64,000 nucleotides of DNA from a virus (Duplodnaviria; Heunggongvirae; Uroviricota; Caudoviricetes): IMG/VR virus record IMGVR_UViG_2511231131_000001; one strand, 5' to 3'. How positions within the stretch are numbered: position 1 is the first letter of the stretch; each line of letters opens with the position of its first letter. Of the stretch, positions 51,078 to 60,922 are shown one piece after another. Below the pieces are notes generated by a model. The model searched no databases. It was given only the letters and a program-made list of their open reading frames with translations, and was not told where the DNA came from. Position numbers and translations under genes: made by a program.

Positions 51078-51521
51078 ATGAAAGGCGAAGTGAAAGAGCG
51101 CGGCATGATTTTCAACGATGAGATGGTCCGGGCCATCCTCGAAGGAAGGAAAACGCAGACGCGGCGGATAATGAAAAATCAGCCTGCGGAAGTTGGTCCA
51201 GAAGCACCAGTGATGGTTAGAAAAATTGGTGCAGGTTTTCAGTGGTACGGGGCTGATGGTGTAAGCAGTGTTTTCAATTGCCCATTTGGTATCGTCGGCG
51301 ATCGAATTTGGGTTCGTGAAACATGGGCGATATTAGGCAATGAGGATGGTTGCAGTGTGGACTGGAACGACAACCTTTGTCGTGGCGATGAGAAGAACGC
51401 AGCAAGGATTTATCGGGCCAGTTGCGAGCAAAAACCTGGTGATTACGGCTTATGGTCGATAGCGTGGATGCAATGGCTGTGTGGCACGTTGATTGCCAGT
51501 ACATCCCTACAGAAAGCCTGA
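51078..51521 (+). CDS. ASCH/PUA-like domain protein
   Basis: FNDEMVRAILEGRKTQTRR resembles ASCH N-terminal motif (as in E. coli YqfB); RBS AAGGGGGA. Confidence 0.4.
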   Translation: MKGEVKERGMIFNDEMVRAILEGRKTQTRRIMKNQPAEVGPEAPVMVRKIGAGFQWYGADGVSSVFNCPFGIVGDRIWVRETWAILGNEDGCSVDWNDNLCRGDEKNAARIYRASCEQKPGDYGLWSIAWMQWLCGTLIASTSLQKA

Positions 51522-51925
51522 TTGAGTCAGATTGCACTGCGTATGTGGCCTACAAAAAAGGTAGCTGGAACGGCAACGATGTTTACTGGTTTCAACACGG
51601 TGGATTGCCAACAGATGACTTCAGTAAAGCGACCATCTTTAGCGTCGCCAACAAAAACGAACCAGGAATAGTTTGGTTGCCATTTTCCATTGCTGATGCA
51701 GCAAAGCGTCGGACGTTCAATATCAATAACTTTAACCGCAGAACAATGGTTCAGGGCGCAGGTTTGGTCATGCCTGACTGGTTGGAAGAGCAGAACAGAA
51801 GAAAGAAGTCGCGAAGCGGGAAGGTGCGTTGGAATTGTCCGCATTGCGGAAAAATAACCTGGCAGTACAGCCCATATGATTTTGAAGGCTGTAGTGATTA
51901 CAACTGTGAAGGATGGCGAGAATGA
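51452..51925 (+). CDS. hypothetical Cys-rich protein
   Basis: C-terminal CPHCGK...CSDYNCEGW; 70-nt out-of-frame overlap with upstream ORF. Confidence 0.35.
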   Translation: MVDSVDAMAVWHVDCQYIPTESLIESDCTAYVAYKKGSWNGNDVYWFQHGGLPTDDFSKATIFSVANKNEPGIVWLPFSIADAAKRRTFNINNFNRRTMVQGAGLVMPDWLEEQNRRKKSRSGKVRWNCPHCGKITWQYSPYDFEGCSDYNCEGWRE

Positions 51926-52620
51926 CAATTAACTATCAGGTACTGCGTGAGGCGGCAGAAAAGGCAACACCAGACGAATGGGTCGCATTTATTTCGACGG
52001 ATACTGGTACTTATGCGGTGCACACGCCCGGTGATGAACGATGTGAAGACGTTATCAAATGGACCGGCTTTGATGGACAGAAAAATGCAGAGAACAACGC
52101 TCGTCATGTTGCCGCGTTCAACCCAAAGGTTGCACTGGAGCTGCTTGGTGAAATTAAGTGCCTGGAGGACACAAATATTGATGCTATGTGTCGAATTGCA
52201 GAGCTTGAGACTAATCTCGCGGCGCTGGTGGCAGAGAACGCCGGGCTGAAACACGCAATGGCCGTAACTCTTGAGCATGTGTCGGTCACGGATGCAGGGC
52301 AGGCCGGAGTTGCTGCAATGATTATCAACGATGCCCTGCACCACAGCGAAACTCCAGCTACCGATGCTTTTCTGGCTGAAATTCGTGCGGAAGCACGCAA
52401 CGAGGGGATTAACTATACCGCCAGCCGTCTTGCTGCTGCGTTCAATCACGGATTTATCAATAAGTCTTTGCGTGAAGTTTTCGACGTTACACGCATGATT
52501 TTGTCAGCGAAAGAAGAGTTGGCTAATGAAGCGCATCCGATTGATGGCCTGTCTGGTGAATATGCGGAGAAATCCCTTGAAGAATGGGCGGAACAGATTC
52601 GCAAAGGAAGCAGCCAGTGA
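51913..52620 (+). CDS. Ead/Ea22-like protein
   Basis: N-terminus MxxINYQVLREAAEKATPDEW typical of Ea22-like prophage proteins (recalled); coiled coil. Confidence 0.45.
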   Translation: MARMTINYQVLREAAEKATPDEWVAFISTDTGTYAVHTPGDERCEDVIKWTGFDGQKNAENNARHVAAFNPKVALELLGEIKCLEDTNIDAMCRIAELETNLAALVAENAGLKHAMAVTLEHVSVTDAGQAGVAAMIINDALHHSETPATDAFLAEIRAEARNEGINYTASRLAAAFNHGFINKSLREVFDVTRMILSAKEELANEAHPIDGLSGEYAEKSLEEWAEQIRKGSSQ

Positions 52621-52907
52621 ATATCGACACGACAATAACGATCGATACGCTCCTAAATACCGGTCTGGCACTTCTCGGTTGGCTTTACATCATGTCCCGT
52701 ACATGGCGATGGCTGGGTTCCATTTTCCTAAAACAGTGGAAAAAACGGCGCAAACAGGAACTACGCCAGAAGGCATTAGAAGCGTTCTATGACGCATTTG
52801 AGCTTAGCCGCATTGAACCAGGTACAACAGCCAGGATAGCGACAAAAGGCGACCTGATGATAGTGATGTTCCGACAGGAGAGAGCAGAGAAAGGGGAATC
52901 AGCATGA
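52617..52907 (+). CDS. small membrane protein (GTG start)
   Basis: TM helix LLNTGLALLGWLYIM. Confidence 0.3.
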   Translation: MNIDTTITIDTLLNTGLALLGWLYIMSRTWRWLGSIFLKQWKKRRKQELRQKALEAFYDAFELSRIEPGTTARIATKGDLMIVMFRQERAEKGESA

Positions 52908-53617
52908 AATTTTCCAAATTTTCTGAGTTGGTGAATCGTATTTTGTCCAACAACCACAGCCATCGTCGCGATATGGATGTAACAATCGTTGTTCATTCGC
53001 CTGGCAGCATTGGTTCAACACCTTCAGTTGAGGTTCAGTCAATTCACGCTGGTTTTGATTGGGATTCCGGGAAAGTGCTTATTTTCCCATCACAGCCACT
53101 GACCACGCTAACACCAGAACAGATTACTGATATCACTGATAGTGTGCGCAAAGGTCAGTCTTGGCACGCATATCAGGAATACAAGAAGCATCAAGAGCAG
53201 TTGGAAAAATTGTCGATTGAACTGGAGGCCGCAAAACAGCGCATTGCAGAGCTGGATGGTAATCGCACGGCGCTGGCAGTGGAGAATGCCTCAATGAAGC
53301 TGTTTATCAGGGGCTGTTGCTACGTGTTTGATGGCCAGCAGGATGAAATATCTGATGCGTATATCTGCGCAACAGACGGAGGGATGCCGCAAATTCCAGC
53401 CACCGACGCTTTCCTGGCTGAAGTTCGGGCGCAGGGGGTGGATGCTGCTATAGAAGCTGCAAAAAATCTGGTGGCCCAAGAATATGAGTATAAGGATTTC
53501 AAAGCGGCGCAGAGTGATTGCTGTATGCACCCTGGTTCAGACCTGGTAGGGAAGGTTGAAATGACTGAGTGGTTAGTTGACTTTGCTGCCCAGCTTCGCA
53601 AAGGAGGCAACCAGTGA
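52904..53617 (+). CDS. hypothetical protein sharing C-terminal module with 51913..52620
   Basis: Shared PATDAFLAE(I/V)RA... and ...EW..(Q/D).(I/L)RKG..Q C-terminus. Confidence 0.4.
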   Translation: MKFSKFSELVNRILSNNHSHRRDMDVTIVVHSPGSIGSTPSVEVQSIHAGFDWDSGKVLIFPSQPLTTLTPEQITDITDSVRKGQSWHAYQEYKKHQEQLEKLSIELEAAKQRIAELDGNRTALAVENASMKLFIRGCCYVFDGQQDEISDAYICATDGGMPQIPATDAFLAEVRAQGVDAAIEAAKNLVAQEYEYKDFKAAQSDCCMHPGSDLVGKVEMTEWLVDFAAQLRKGGNQ

Positions 53618-53913
53618 CTGTATGTCTTATTGATAAACGTCGACGCGGGCAACAAATACCATCTGTTGAAATGCCGAATCACACATGGTTTTGCGTACTT
53701 GATATCGATGGTATGGATACGTTGGTTGACACTCGTCATTACTGCGATACCGCAACAGCTACTCCGGCGAAAGCAAAGAAAATGGCTGCTCTGATAGAAA
53801 ACTGGACTCCACCTGATGGTTGGTGCAATGGGAATGATCGAGATTGGCACGAAAAAATGAAGGGCTATATCTGCGATTTTTTACGTAAATGCAACGGCTT
53901 CAGGGTGATGTGA
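53614..53913 (+). CDS. hypothetical protein
   Basis: 99 aa, overlapped start/stop in operon. Confidence 0.35.
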   Translation: MTVCLIDKRRRGQQIPSVEMPNHTWFCVLDIDGMDTLVDTRHYCDTATATPAKAKKMAALIENWTPPDGWCNGNDRDWHEKMKGYICDFLRKCNGFRVM

Positions 53914-53914
53914 T

Positions 53915-54601
53915 ATGACCAAAATTAACTATCAGGCACTGCGTGAGGCGGCAGAACGTGCAATTCCGGCAATGGAACGCCTGTTAATGTTGCCAGTTGA
54001 TGATGATCTGATAAGCGAACAGGAACTTAAAGATTACGGTGTGGATATTGATGCGCTCAACGCCTTCAAATTTCTGGCCGGACCAGAAACCGTGCTGGCA
54101 CTACTGGATGAACGGGAAAGAAACCAGCAATACATAAAACGCCGCGACCAGGAGAACGAGGATATTGCGCTTACGGTTGGGAAGCTGCGCGTTGAGCTGG
54201 AAGGCAAAGACAGCAAAATAGCCAATCTTACCGCCGAACGCGATGCTCTTCGTGAAGGTGAGATGGGCGACGCTAGGCATAGCAACACACGGGCCGCAGC
54301 TGATATCTACTTCCAACTGGTCGAGGAGTGCGAAATTCCTGCTGGCGGATCTCTGGTCGAGTACGTTGACGATATGCGCGAGAAGCTGGAAGCCGCAGAG
54401 AAGCGCATTGCAGAGTTAGAAAGTGGTTCTCAGGCACAAAAGTTAGTTGAAGCAATCATTGTTGCGATAGAAAACGAACAGGAAAGGCTTTTTGATGAAG
54501 ATTACCTAATGGATTCGAAAGAATGCATTGACGTAATTCGTGAAGAAGTAAAGCGATGGAATGATTCCCGTGCCGCTGACATTCGCATCAAAGGAGAGTG
54601 A
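53915..54601 (+). CDS. Ead/Ea22-like protein, second paralog
   Basis: N-terminus MTKINYQALREAAERA; acidic coiled coil. Confidence 0.45.
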   Translation: MTKINYQALREAAERAIPAMERLLMLPVDDDLISEQELKDYGVDIDALNAFKFLAGPETVLALLDERERNQQYIKRRDQENEDIALTVGKLRVELEGKDSKIANLTAERDALREGEMGDARHSNTRAAADIYFQLVEECEIPAGGSLVEYVDDMREKLEAAEKRIAELESGSQAQKLVEAIIVAIENEQERLFDEDYLMDSKECIDVIREEVKRWNDSRAADIRIKGE

Positions 54602-54602
54602 T

Positions 54603-54752
54603 ATGGCTAAGTACATCGTGACTATCGAAGGATTTAATGATTGCAAGGTTGTTGAGTTTGAAGCAGACACGCCAGAGGATGCCGAAGAAATAGGCAGAGA
54701 CATATTCTATGAAGAATGCAACTACGGCGTATCACCTGCTACAGAGGACTAA
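54603..54752 (+). CDS. small acidic protein
   Basis: 49 aa; ATG 2 nt after upstream stop. Confidence 0.25.
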   Translation: MAKYIVTIEGFNDCKVVEFEADTPEDAEEIGRDIFYEECNYGVSPATED

Positions 54753-54755
54753 CAC

Positions 54756-55772
54756 ATGACCACTATTACTAAAGAGCGACTGCTGACAATCAAGCAGTGG
54801 CGCGAAACATACGGACCTGGTAGCAACGTTGTACTGCCAGCAGAAGAAGCGGAAGAACTGGCACGAATTGCTCTGGCATCGCTGGAAGCAGAGCCTGTTC
54901 TGTATCAGTCCTGCACTCGCCCCACTTGGAATAGCGGTGTTCCGTGGACGGAATGGAAAGAACGAAGTCGTGAGTGCTACGAAGACGATTTGCGCTTTAC
55001 AGACACGCCTGACCATGCCGGTTGGATATACAAATGTCGAAAATTATATACCACTCCGCCAGCGCCGATAGCGTTAGAGGCCATCGAAAACGCAATTGAA
55101 TACATCCGCAGTATCGCTTTTCACATCGATGAAGACGATTACCACGGCAAACATATTGCGTATTTCATGCGACAAGCATTGGCCTGGCTGGAAGGGCATT
55201 CATGCAGCGACGACAGGCTGGGTAAGGCCGACAATCAACCCGCATCTGGTAACCAGGCTGCCGAATCCAATCGCGGTAATGAGTGGACCGGCAATCCTGA
55301 TATTGATAACGCCATCATCATGCTCGACCGCATAGATACGGCGGAAAGTTGCGATGATGACCGTATTGAGGCCGTTAAGGCTGTGTTGCGTAGACTGGCA
55401 GGCAACTATCCGGATATTCCGGATAGTTCGGTGCCAGCGCCAGGAAAGGGCGTCACCGGTGAACGTATCCGCATTAAGCCGCATGTTTATCGCGAACTGG
55501 TTAACCGTCTCCACGATACAGCGATCAAGTGTGCTGGCGCCCAGCAATTACGAGAAAGAATTAGCCGTGTTTTGGGCGACGTTATTACACCAGATCATCA
55601 TAAACAAGCCGAGAAAAGTGGTCTGGAAAGGTGTCGCCTTGAGGCGGCATTAAACATTAAGCCGGGGCATACGCTTGGCATTATTGATGCACTATTGGTT
55701 CATAAGATGGCCAGGGCTTTATTGCCGCTGGTGGCTGAAAAGCATGAGGTGGACCATGCCAACGAAAGCTGA
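54756..55772 (+). CDS. hypothetical protein
   Basis: 338 aa. Confidence 0.4.
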   Translation: MTTITKERLLTIKQWRETYGPGSNVVLPAEEAEELARIALASLEAEPVLYQSCTRPTWNSGVPWTEWKERSRECYEDDLRFTDTPDHAGWIYKCRKLYTTPPAPIALEAIENAIEYIRSIAFHIDEDDYHGKHIAYFMRQALAWLEGHSCSDDRLGKADNQPASGNQAAESNRGNEWTGNPDIDNAIIMLDRIDTAESCDDDRIEAVKAVLRRLAGNYPDIPDSSVPAPGKGVTGERIRIKPHVYRELVNRLHDTAIKCAGAQQLRERISRVLGDVITPDHHKQAEKSGLERCRLEAALNIKPGHTLGIIDALLVHKMARALLPLVAEKHEVDHANES

Positions 55773-56040
55773 ATTACAGGTGCGCGTAGATGAGCTTGAA
55801 AAAGAGAACGCGAGCCTCAAAAAAATGCTGTCGCGGGCGGAAAGGGAATTATCAGGCAAATTATTGCCAGAAGAACTGCCACCAGCAGATATACCTGATC
55901 GAGTGTCCTGGTGGATGAAGTATTTCCGTGCACCGTGGGAGGCGTTTTGGTGCTACGACCATCGCAGATGGTGTGATGAACTTGATAGCAATTTTCCCTA
56001 CTTTGCGGAAGGGAACACCTGCCCTCAATGCAGGGGATAG
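55756..56040 (+). CDS. hypothetical protein with C-terminal Cys cluster
   Basis: RBS GAGGTGG; coiled coil then WCYDHRRWCDE...CPQC. Confidence 0.3.
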   Translation: MPTKAELQVRVDELEKENASLKKMLSRAERELSGKLLPEELPPADIPDRVSWWMKYFRAPWEAFWCYDHRRWCDELDSNFPYFAEGNTCPQCRG

Positions 56041-56407
56041 CATTTGACGAAATCGATCACCCTATCCTGAACTTCAGAAAGAAGGTCTTTTTCACGCGCC
56101 AGGACGTCAGGATATTGACGTTCTGGCCTTACCAGATGCCGGAGCTTCCCATTAAGCAGAATGGCCTCAGAAAACACTTTTACGCTGTGCTTTATCCCCT
56201 CTGTTTCACTTTTCAGCGTCAAAATAAAGCGCAATTGCTTATTAGCCTGATTCGGATTCAATACACGAATTTGCAGTTCGTCTATGCTGTTTCGCAATGG
56301 GATTGATGCCACCACACTGGTGCAGTCTCTGATTGTCTGAATTGAACGGCTAACATTGAGAACGTTATTGTGCATGTGCCTGATCCACTAACTCCTGGAG
56401 GTTTCTT

Positions 56408-56659
56408 GTGTCAGATCGAAATATAGCAGCTAAAAGCCAGGAAGAGCGAGACAAGGTGAACGTAGACCTTGCCGCCAGCGGCGTTGCTTACAAAGAACGG
56501 CTGAATATACCTGTGATTGCAGAGCAGGTGGCCCGTGAGCAACCGGAAAACCTGCGCGCCTATTTCATGGAACGGCTACGGCACTACCGGCAGTTAAGCC
56601 TCCAGTTGCCAAAAGGGAGCGATCCGGTGTATCAGAACGAGGATGCACCAAAAAAATAA
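56408..56659 (+). CDS. Hot-like protein (homolog of DNA pol III theta) by position
   Basis: 83 aa; GTG start after GGAGG; P1-synteny assignment from memory. Confidence 0.4.
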   Translation: MSDRNIAAKSQEERDKVNVDLAASGVAYKERLNIPVIAEQVAREQPENLRAYFMERLRHYRQLSLQLPKGSDPVYQNEDAPKK

Positions 56660-56743
56660 CGGCAAGATGGGGGAGAAATGTGATTAGCCCCCAGCGTGGC
56701 GCGCCTACAAACCCCGCTTTCACAAACTATGCCTTTTCAATGT

Positions 56744-56763
56744 ATACTGTATGAATAAACAGT
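56744..56763 (+). promoter_or_regulatory. LexA (SOS) box
   Basis: TACTGTATGAATAAACAGTA fits CTGT-N8-ACAG, 20 bp upstream of humD. Confidence 0.65.
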
Positions 56764-56782
56764 ATCATTGAGGTAAAACGCT

Positions 56783-57172
56783 ATGGGCTTCCCTTCTCCT
56801 GCGGCGGATTATGTTGAAAGCCGAATTTCTCTTGATCAGCAGATAATTAGACATCCTTCAGCGACCTACTTCATGCGGGCAGCTGATAGCCATCACCGTG
56901 AGGGAATATTGCAGGGTGCTTTGCTGGTGGTTGATTCCTCGCTTACTCCGGTTGATGGTTCTCTGCTTGTGTGCGCTATGGAGGGTGAATATCGCATAAA
57001 GAGATACAGGAAGTATCCGCGCCAGCACCTGGAGGACTTAAGCACCGGGAAGAAAGAGGCGTTACCAGTAGATGACGATGGATACACGGGCAGTAATGCT
57101 GTTTTTGGTGTGATCACTCATGTCATCAATGATGCCCGAAGTGGGGAATTTGATGATTGTCCGGTTATTTAA
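56783..57172 (+). CDS. humD: HumD (UmuD-like S24 peptidase)
   Basis: 129 aa; UmuD-prime-like, LexA box upstream. Confidence 0.7.
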   Translation: MGFPSPAADYVESRISLDQQIIRHPSATYFMRAADSHHREGILQGALLVVDSSLTPVDGSLLVCAMEGEYRIKRYRKYPRQHLEDLSTGKKEALPVDDDGYTGSNAVFGVITHVINDARSGEFDDCPVI

Positions 57173-57244
57173 GCTGCAAAGTGCTGGTGCTTTATGCCTG
57201 TGAAGTTTATAATTGTGTACACATAACGAGTACACGAGGTGTTT

Positions 57245-57466
57245 ATGCAATCCATTAACTTCCGTACCGCGCGTGGCAACCTTTCTGAAGTGCTCAACAA
57301 TGTTGAAGCCGGGGAAGAGGTTGAAATCACCCGCAGAGGCCGTGAGCCAGCAGTAATTGTCAGCAAGGCTACTTTCGAAGCCTACAAAAAAGCGGCGCTG
57401 GATGCTGAATTTGCATCCCTGTTTGACACCCTGGACTCCACCAACAAGGAACTGGTTAACCGATAA
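57245..57466 (+). CDS. phd: Phd antitoxin
   Basis: [56 protein letters not shown]... matches recalled P1 Phd; 1-nt overlap with doc. Confidence 0.9.
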   Translation: MQSINFRTARGNLSEVLNNVEAGEEVEITRRGREPAVIVSKATFEAYKKAALDAEFASLFDTLDSTNKELVNR

Positions 57467-57846
57467 TGAGACATATATCACCGGAAGAACTTGTTGCGCT
57501 TCATGATGCGAATATAAGCCGCTACGGCGGCCTGCCGGGAATGTCTGATCCGGGTAGGGCAGAGGCCATTATCGGGAGAGTTCAGGCCAGAGTTGCCTAC
57601 GAAGAGATCACCGACCTTTTCGAAGTCTCCGCCACCTACCTGGTGGCTACAGCGAGAGGGCATATATTCAATGATGCCAATAAGCGTACCGCGCTAAACA
57701 GTGCGCTGCTATTTCTACGCCGTAACGGGGTGCAGGTATTTGATTCACCTGAACTGGCAGACCTTACCGTAGGCGCTGCGACTGGCGAGATATCTGTATC
57801 TTCTGTCGCCGACACGTTACGTAGATTGTATGGTTCTGCGGAGTAG
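57466..57846 (+). CDS. doc: Doc toxin (Fic-fold kinase)
   Basis: 126 aa; Fic-like motif [10 protein letters not shown]. Confidence 0.9.
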
Positions 57847-58030
57847 ATTAATGGCACGTAAATACAACAAGTTGTCCCGTGAAGCGTTAAAGATGCTTCT
57901 TGATGGCGTGAGCCGCCGCAAGGTAAAGCAATACCTGGTCGGTAAGCAAATTGGAGTCAGGACCGCTATTGCTGTGTTATGCCGTCAGGAAATGGTTGTG
58001 CTTAAACAGAGAATGCCGGGCAGCAGATAA
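57830..58030 (+). CDS. hypothetical small basic protein
   Basis: 66 aa downstream of doc. Confidence 0.3.
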   Translation: MVLRSRLMARKYNKLSREALKMLLDGVSRRKVKQYLVGKQIGVRTAIAVLCRQEMVVLKQRMPGSR

Positions 58031-58057
58031 AGCCCAATCAGTGATTAAAGGTGTGAT

Positions 58058-59101
58058 GTGAAAGCCATAATTACTCCCTTTGTACAGAAAGAGCTTGGCC
58101 TCGCCACGTTCAAAGTGGATCAGGAGGTCAGAAAGCTGGTGGAGGCTGGCCGTAAATTTATTATGGAGCCGGTGCCGCGTGAGTTAATCGAGCACATGGA
58201 AGACGGCCTCGTTGTTACCGAGCAAACCATGGCAACAAATGAGGCGTTGCAGCCGTTTTTTAACAGCGATGAACTGTTTCGCCGTATTGGTGGAATTGAC
58301 TCGCTGGTGGCGTGGTTGCGTAGGAAAGAGGGTCAATGCCAGGCCGCAGATCGTAGTTGGTGTGACAACCATATTGTCCACGCTGAACGAGACAATAGCG
58401 CGGTGTTGTTGTGCTGGCATCACGATAACCATTACCGGATGCGTGGTTTTAATGAGCTGAAAGAAACGCTGCACAATAATCGCGTTAACTGGATACTGGA
58501 TGTCGCCCGTCAGGAAATGGGCCTTTCAAATAGCCATGATTTAAGTATTCAGGAGCTGTGCTGGTGGGCTTTCATGCGCAACATGATGCACCTGATGCCG
58601 GAAGAAGTCTGCCGCATATCAATAAATAAGATGAAGGCTACTCCGCAGGATAGCGGACCTCTGAAAGAGGCGGATATTCGCCCGTATGACGATCGCGCTA
58701 CAGCATATGTTCAGATGATGGAAGAACGCGCCGCGCCGATGCGTGCAAAAGTATGCCCTGTGGATGTTGACTCCGACCCAGGTATGGCGCATTTCAAAAT
58801 ACCAAAACTTCAATCGCTAAAATTGCCCGAGTACATGGACTTTGTGGCTTCCCGTCCATGCTGTGGCTGTGGAGCTGCGGGAGCTGGCGCTCACATTACG
58901 CCTTATATCGTTCGTCATAGTCGATTATGCGCGCATGACATTTATGCTATTCCTCTGTGCCAGTCATGCCAGCGTGATATTGAGCGTGACCGCGATAATT
59001 GGGAGAAGACGCACGGTAGGCTGGCGATGCATCAACGATTGTTCTTTGATTACGCGCTTGGAGTCGGCGCTATCACAAGTCATTCGTCGAGCGTTAGATA
59101 A
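58058..59101 (+). CDS. hypothetical protein with C-terminal Cys cluster
   Basis: 347 aa; ...[14 protein letters not shown]...LCAHD...LCQSCQRD. Confidence 0.4.
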   Translation: MKAIITPFVQKELGLATFKVDQEVRKLVEAGRKFIMEPVPRELIEHMEDGLVVTEQTMATNEALQPFFNSDELFRRIGGIDSLVAWLRRKEGQCQAADRSWCDNHIVHAERDNSAVLLCWHHDNHYRMRGFNELKETLHNNRVNWILDVARQEMGLSNSHDLSIQELCWWAFMRNMMHLMPEEVCRISINKMKATPQDSGPLKEADIRPYDDRATAYVQMMEERAAPMRAKVCPVDVDSDPGMAHFKIPKLQSLKLPEYMDFVASRPCCGCGAAGAGAHITPYIVRHSRLCAHDIYAIPLCQSCQRDIERDRDNWEKTHGRLAMHQRLFFDYALGVGAITSHSSSVR

Positions 59102-59102
59102 A

Positions 59103-59119
59103 ATTGCTCTAATGTATTG
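59103..59119 (+). promoter_or_regulatory. C1-type operator (ATTGCTCTAATGTATTG)
   Basis: 14/17 consensus, upstream of the lpa-like gene. Confidence 0.45.
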
Positions 59120-59189
59120 CTATTTCTTTAATCGAGGGTATTATATTCGACGTTGATTAGTTGACATGGGCTAATCAGTAGGTGACAGG

Positions 59190-59642
59190 ATGTTACTTAA
59201 CTGGCAGGGACGCCACTTCATGGAAATAAATCACTCACGAATAACATCGTACGAGATTGCGGATTACATGATCCGCACTAAATCTCTTCTATCAGCGAAA
59301 GAACTCGCAGCAATTCTTGAAAAGGAATACCCGCATCTGGATGTCGATAAGCGCGATGTTTATCTGCGCTTAAAGGCTATCGCTGTGTCTAAGTATTCGT
59401 CTGTTTTGATTGATGACAGTACACGCCCACGTAGATTTCAGATCCACTCTCTGAATCCTGAATTCTTTCGCCGCAGCCGCGCTCCGCGCCGGTTTGATGA
59501 AAAACTCCAGAACGAACTCTATATGACGCAGGACGAAAAGGAACGCCGGGAGCACCAGCCTTGGGTGATGGCGCGTCAACTTTTCAATAAGGTGGTCCGT
59601 CAGCACCGTCATTACGGTAATGCCACATCCGCACGTATCTGA
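59190..59642 (+). CDS. late promoter activator-like protein (Lpa position)
   Basis: About 140-150 aa basic protein directly upstream of pacA; synteny only. Confidence 0.4.
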   Translation: MLLNWQGRHFMEINHSRITSYEIADYMIRTKSLLSAKELAAILEKEYPHLDVDKRDVYLRLKAIAVSKYSSVLIDDSTRPRRFQIHSLNPEFFRRSRAPRRFDEKLQNELYMTQDEKERREHQPWVMARQLFNKVVRQHRHYGNATSARI

Positions 59643-59728
59643 TTGATTGCTTGCCCGTTCCGGGCCTTTTGACATGTGACTTTCGTTACCCTCGCGTCAA
59701 AAAGAGTTTTATACGAAAGGAAGCATAA

Positions 59729-60922
59729 GTGACCTGGGACGATCACAAGAAGAATTTTGCTCGCCTGGCGCGAGATGGTGGTTACACCATCGCACAGTAT
59801 GCCGCCGAGTTTAATCTTAACCCTAATACCGCACGTCGTTATCTCCGTGCCTTCAAAGAAGACACCAGGACAGCGGACAGCCGCAAGCCAAATAAGCCAG
59901 TCAGGAAGCCTCTAAAAAGCATGATCATTGATCACGCTAATGATCAACGTGCATGTGATCACATTGTGGCTGAAATGGCTGAAAAACAAAGAGTTAATGC
60001 TGTTGTCAGTGCCGCAGTCGAGAACGCTAAGCGCCAAAATAAGCGCATAAATGATCGTTCTGATGATCATGACGTGATCACCCGCGCCCACCGTACCTTA
60101 CGTGATCGCCTGGAACGCGACACCCTGGATGATGATGGTGAACGCTTTGAATTCGAAGCTGGCGATTACCTGATAGATAACGTTGAAGCGCGGAAGGCCG
60201 CGCGCGCTATGTTGCGTCGGTCCGGGGCCGATGTTCTGGAAACCACTCTTCTGGAAAAGTCTCTTTCTCATCTCCTTATGCTGGAGAACGCCAGGGATAC
60301 GTGTATTCGCCTGGTGCAGGAAATGCGCGATCAGCAAAAAGACGATGATGAAGGTACTCCGCCTGAATACCGTATCGCGAGCATGCTAAACAGCTGTTCC
60401 GCGCAGATAAGCAGCCTGATCAACACCATTTACAGCATCCGGAATAACTATCGAAAAGAAAGCCGGGAGGCGGAAAAGCACGCTTTATCTATGGGGCAAG
60501 CTGGCATTGTTAAGCTGGCATACGAACGAAAGCGTGAAAATAACTGGTCAGTGCTGGAAGCGGCTGAATTCATCGAGGCGCATGGAGGAAAAGTGCCTCC
60601 CCTGATGCTGGAGCAAATCAAAGCCGATCTGCGTGCTCCTAAGACCAATACCGATGATGAGGAAAACCAAACAGCATCTGGCGCTCCATCACTTGAAGAT
60701 CTGGATAAAATCGCGCGAGAACGGGCCGCCAGCCGCCGCGCTGATGCCGCATTGTGGATTGAGCATCGTAGAGAAGAAATTGCCGATATCGTCGATACAG
60801 GTGGTTATGGTGATGTCGATGCGGAAGGCATATCAAACGAAGCATGGCTTGAACAGGATCTGGACGAAGACGAGGAGGAAGACGAAGAAGTTACCCGCAA
60901 ACTGTACGGGGATGATGATTAA
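59729..60922 (+). CDS. pacA: terminase small subunit PacA
   Basis: 397 aa as in P1; GTG start after GAAAGGAAG; contains the pac hexamer clusters. Confidence 0.8.
59922..60080 (+). other. pac: pac packaging site (4 plus 3 TGATCA/G hexamers)
   Basis: TGATCA at 59922, 59929, 59941, 59956 and TGATCG/TGATCA at 60052, 60064, 60075; each carries a Dam GATC. Confidence 0.7.

Noticed and set aside
50981-51121. 46-aa ORF with AGGAG RBS upstream of the ASCH-like gene
   Set aside because: Highly basic, low-complexity product overlapping the better-supported start at 51078; could be a leader peptide but evidence is too weak to call.
56025-56375. Minus-strand ORF of 116 aa between the 55756 gene and hot (possible lxr-like gene)
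   Set aside because: No LexA box or recognisable RBS upstream, and it overlaps the end of the plus-strand gene; left unannotated rather than named from synteny alone.
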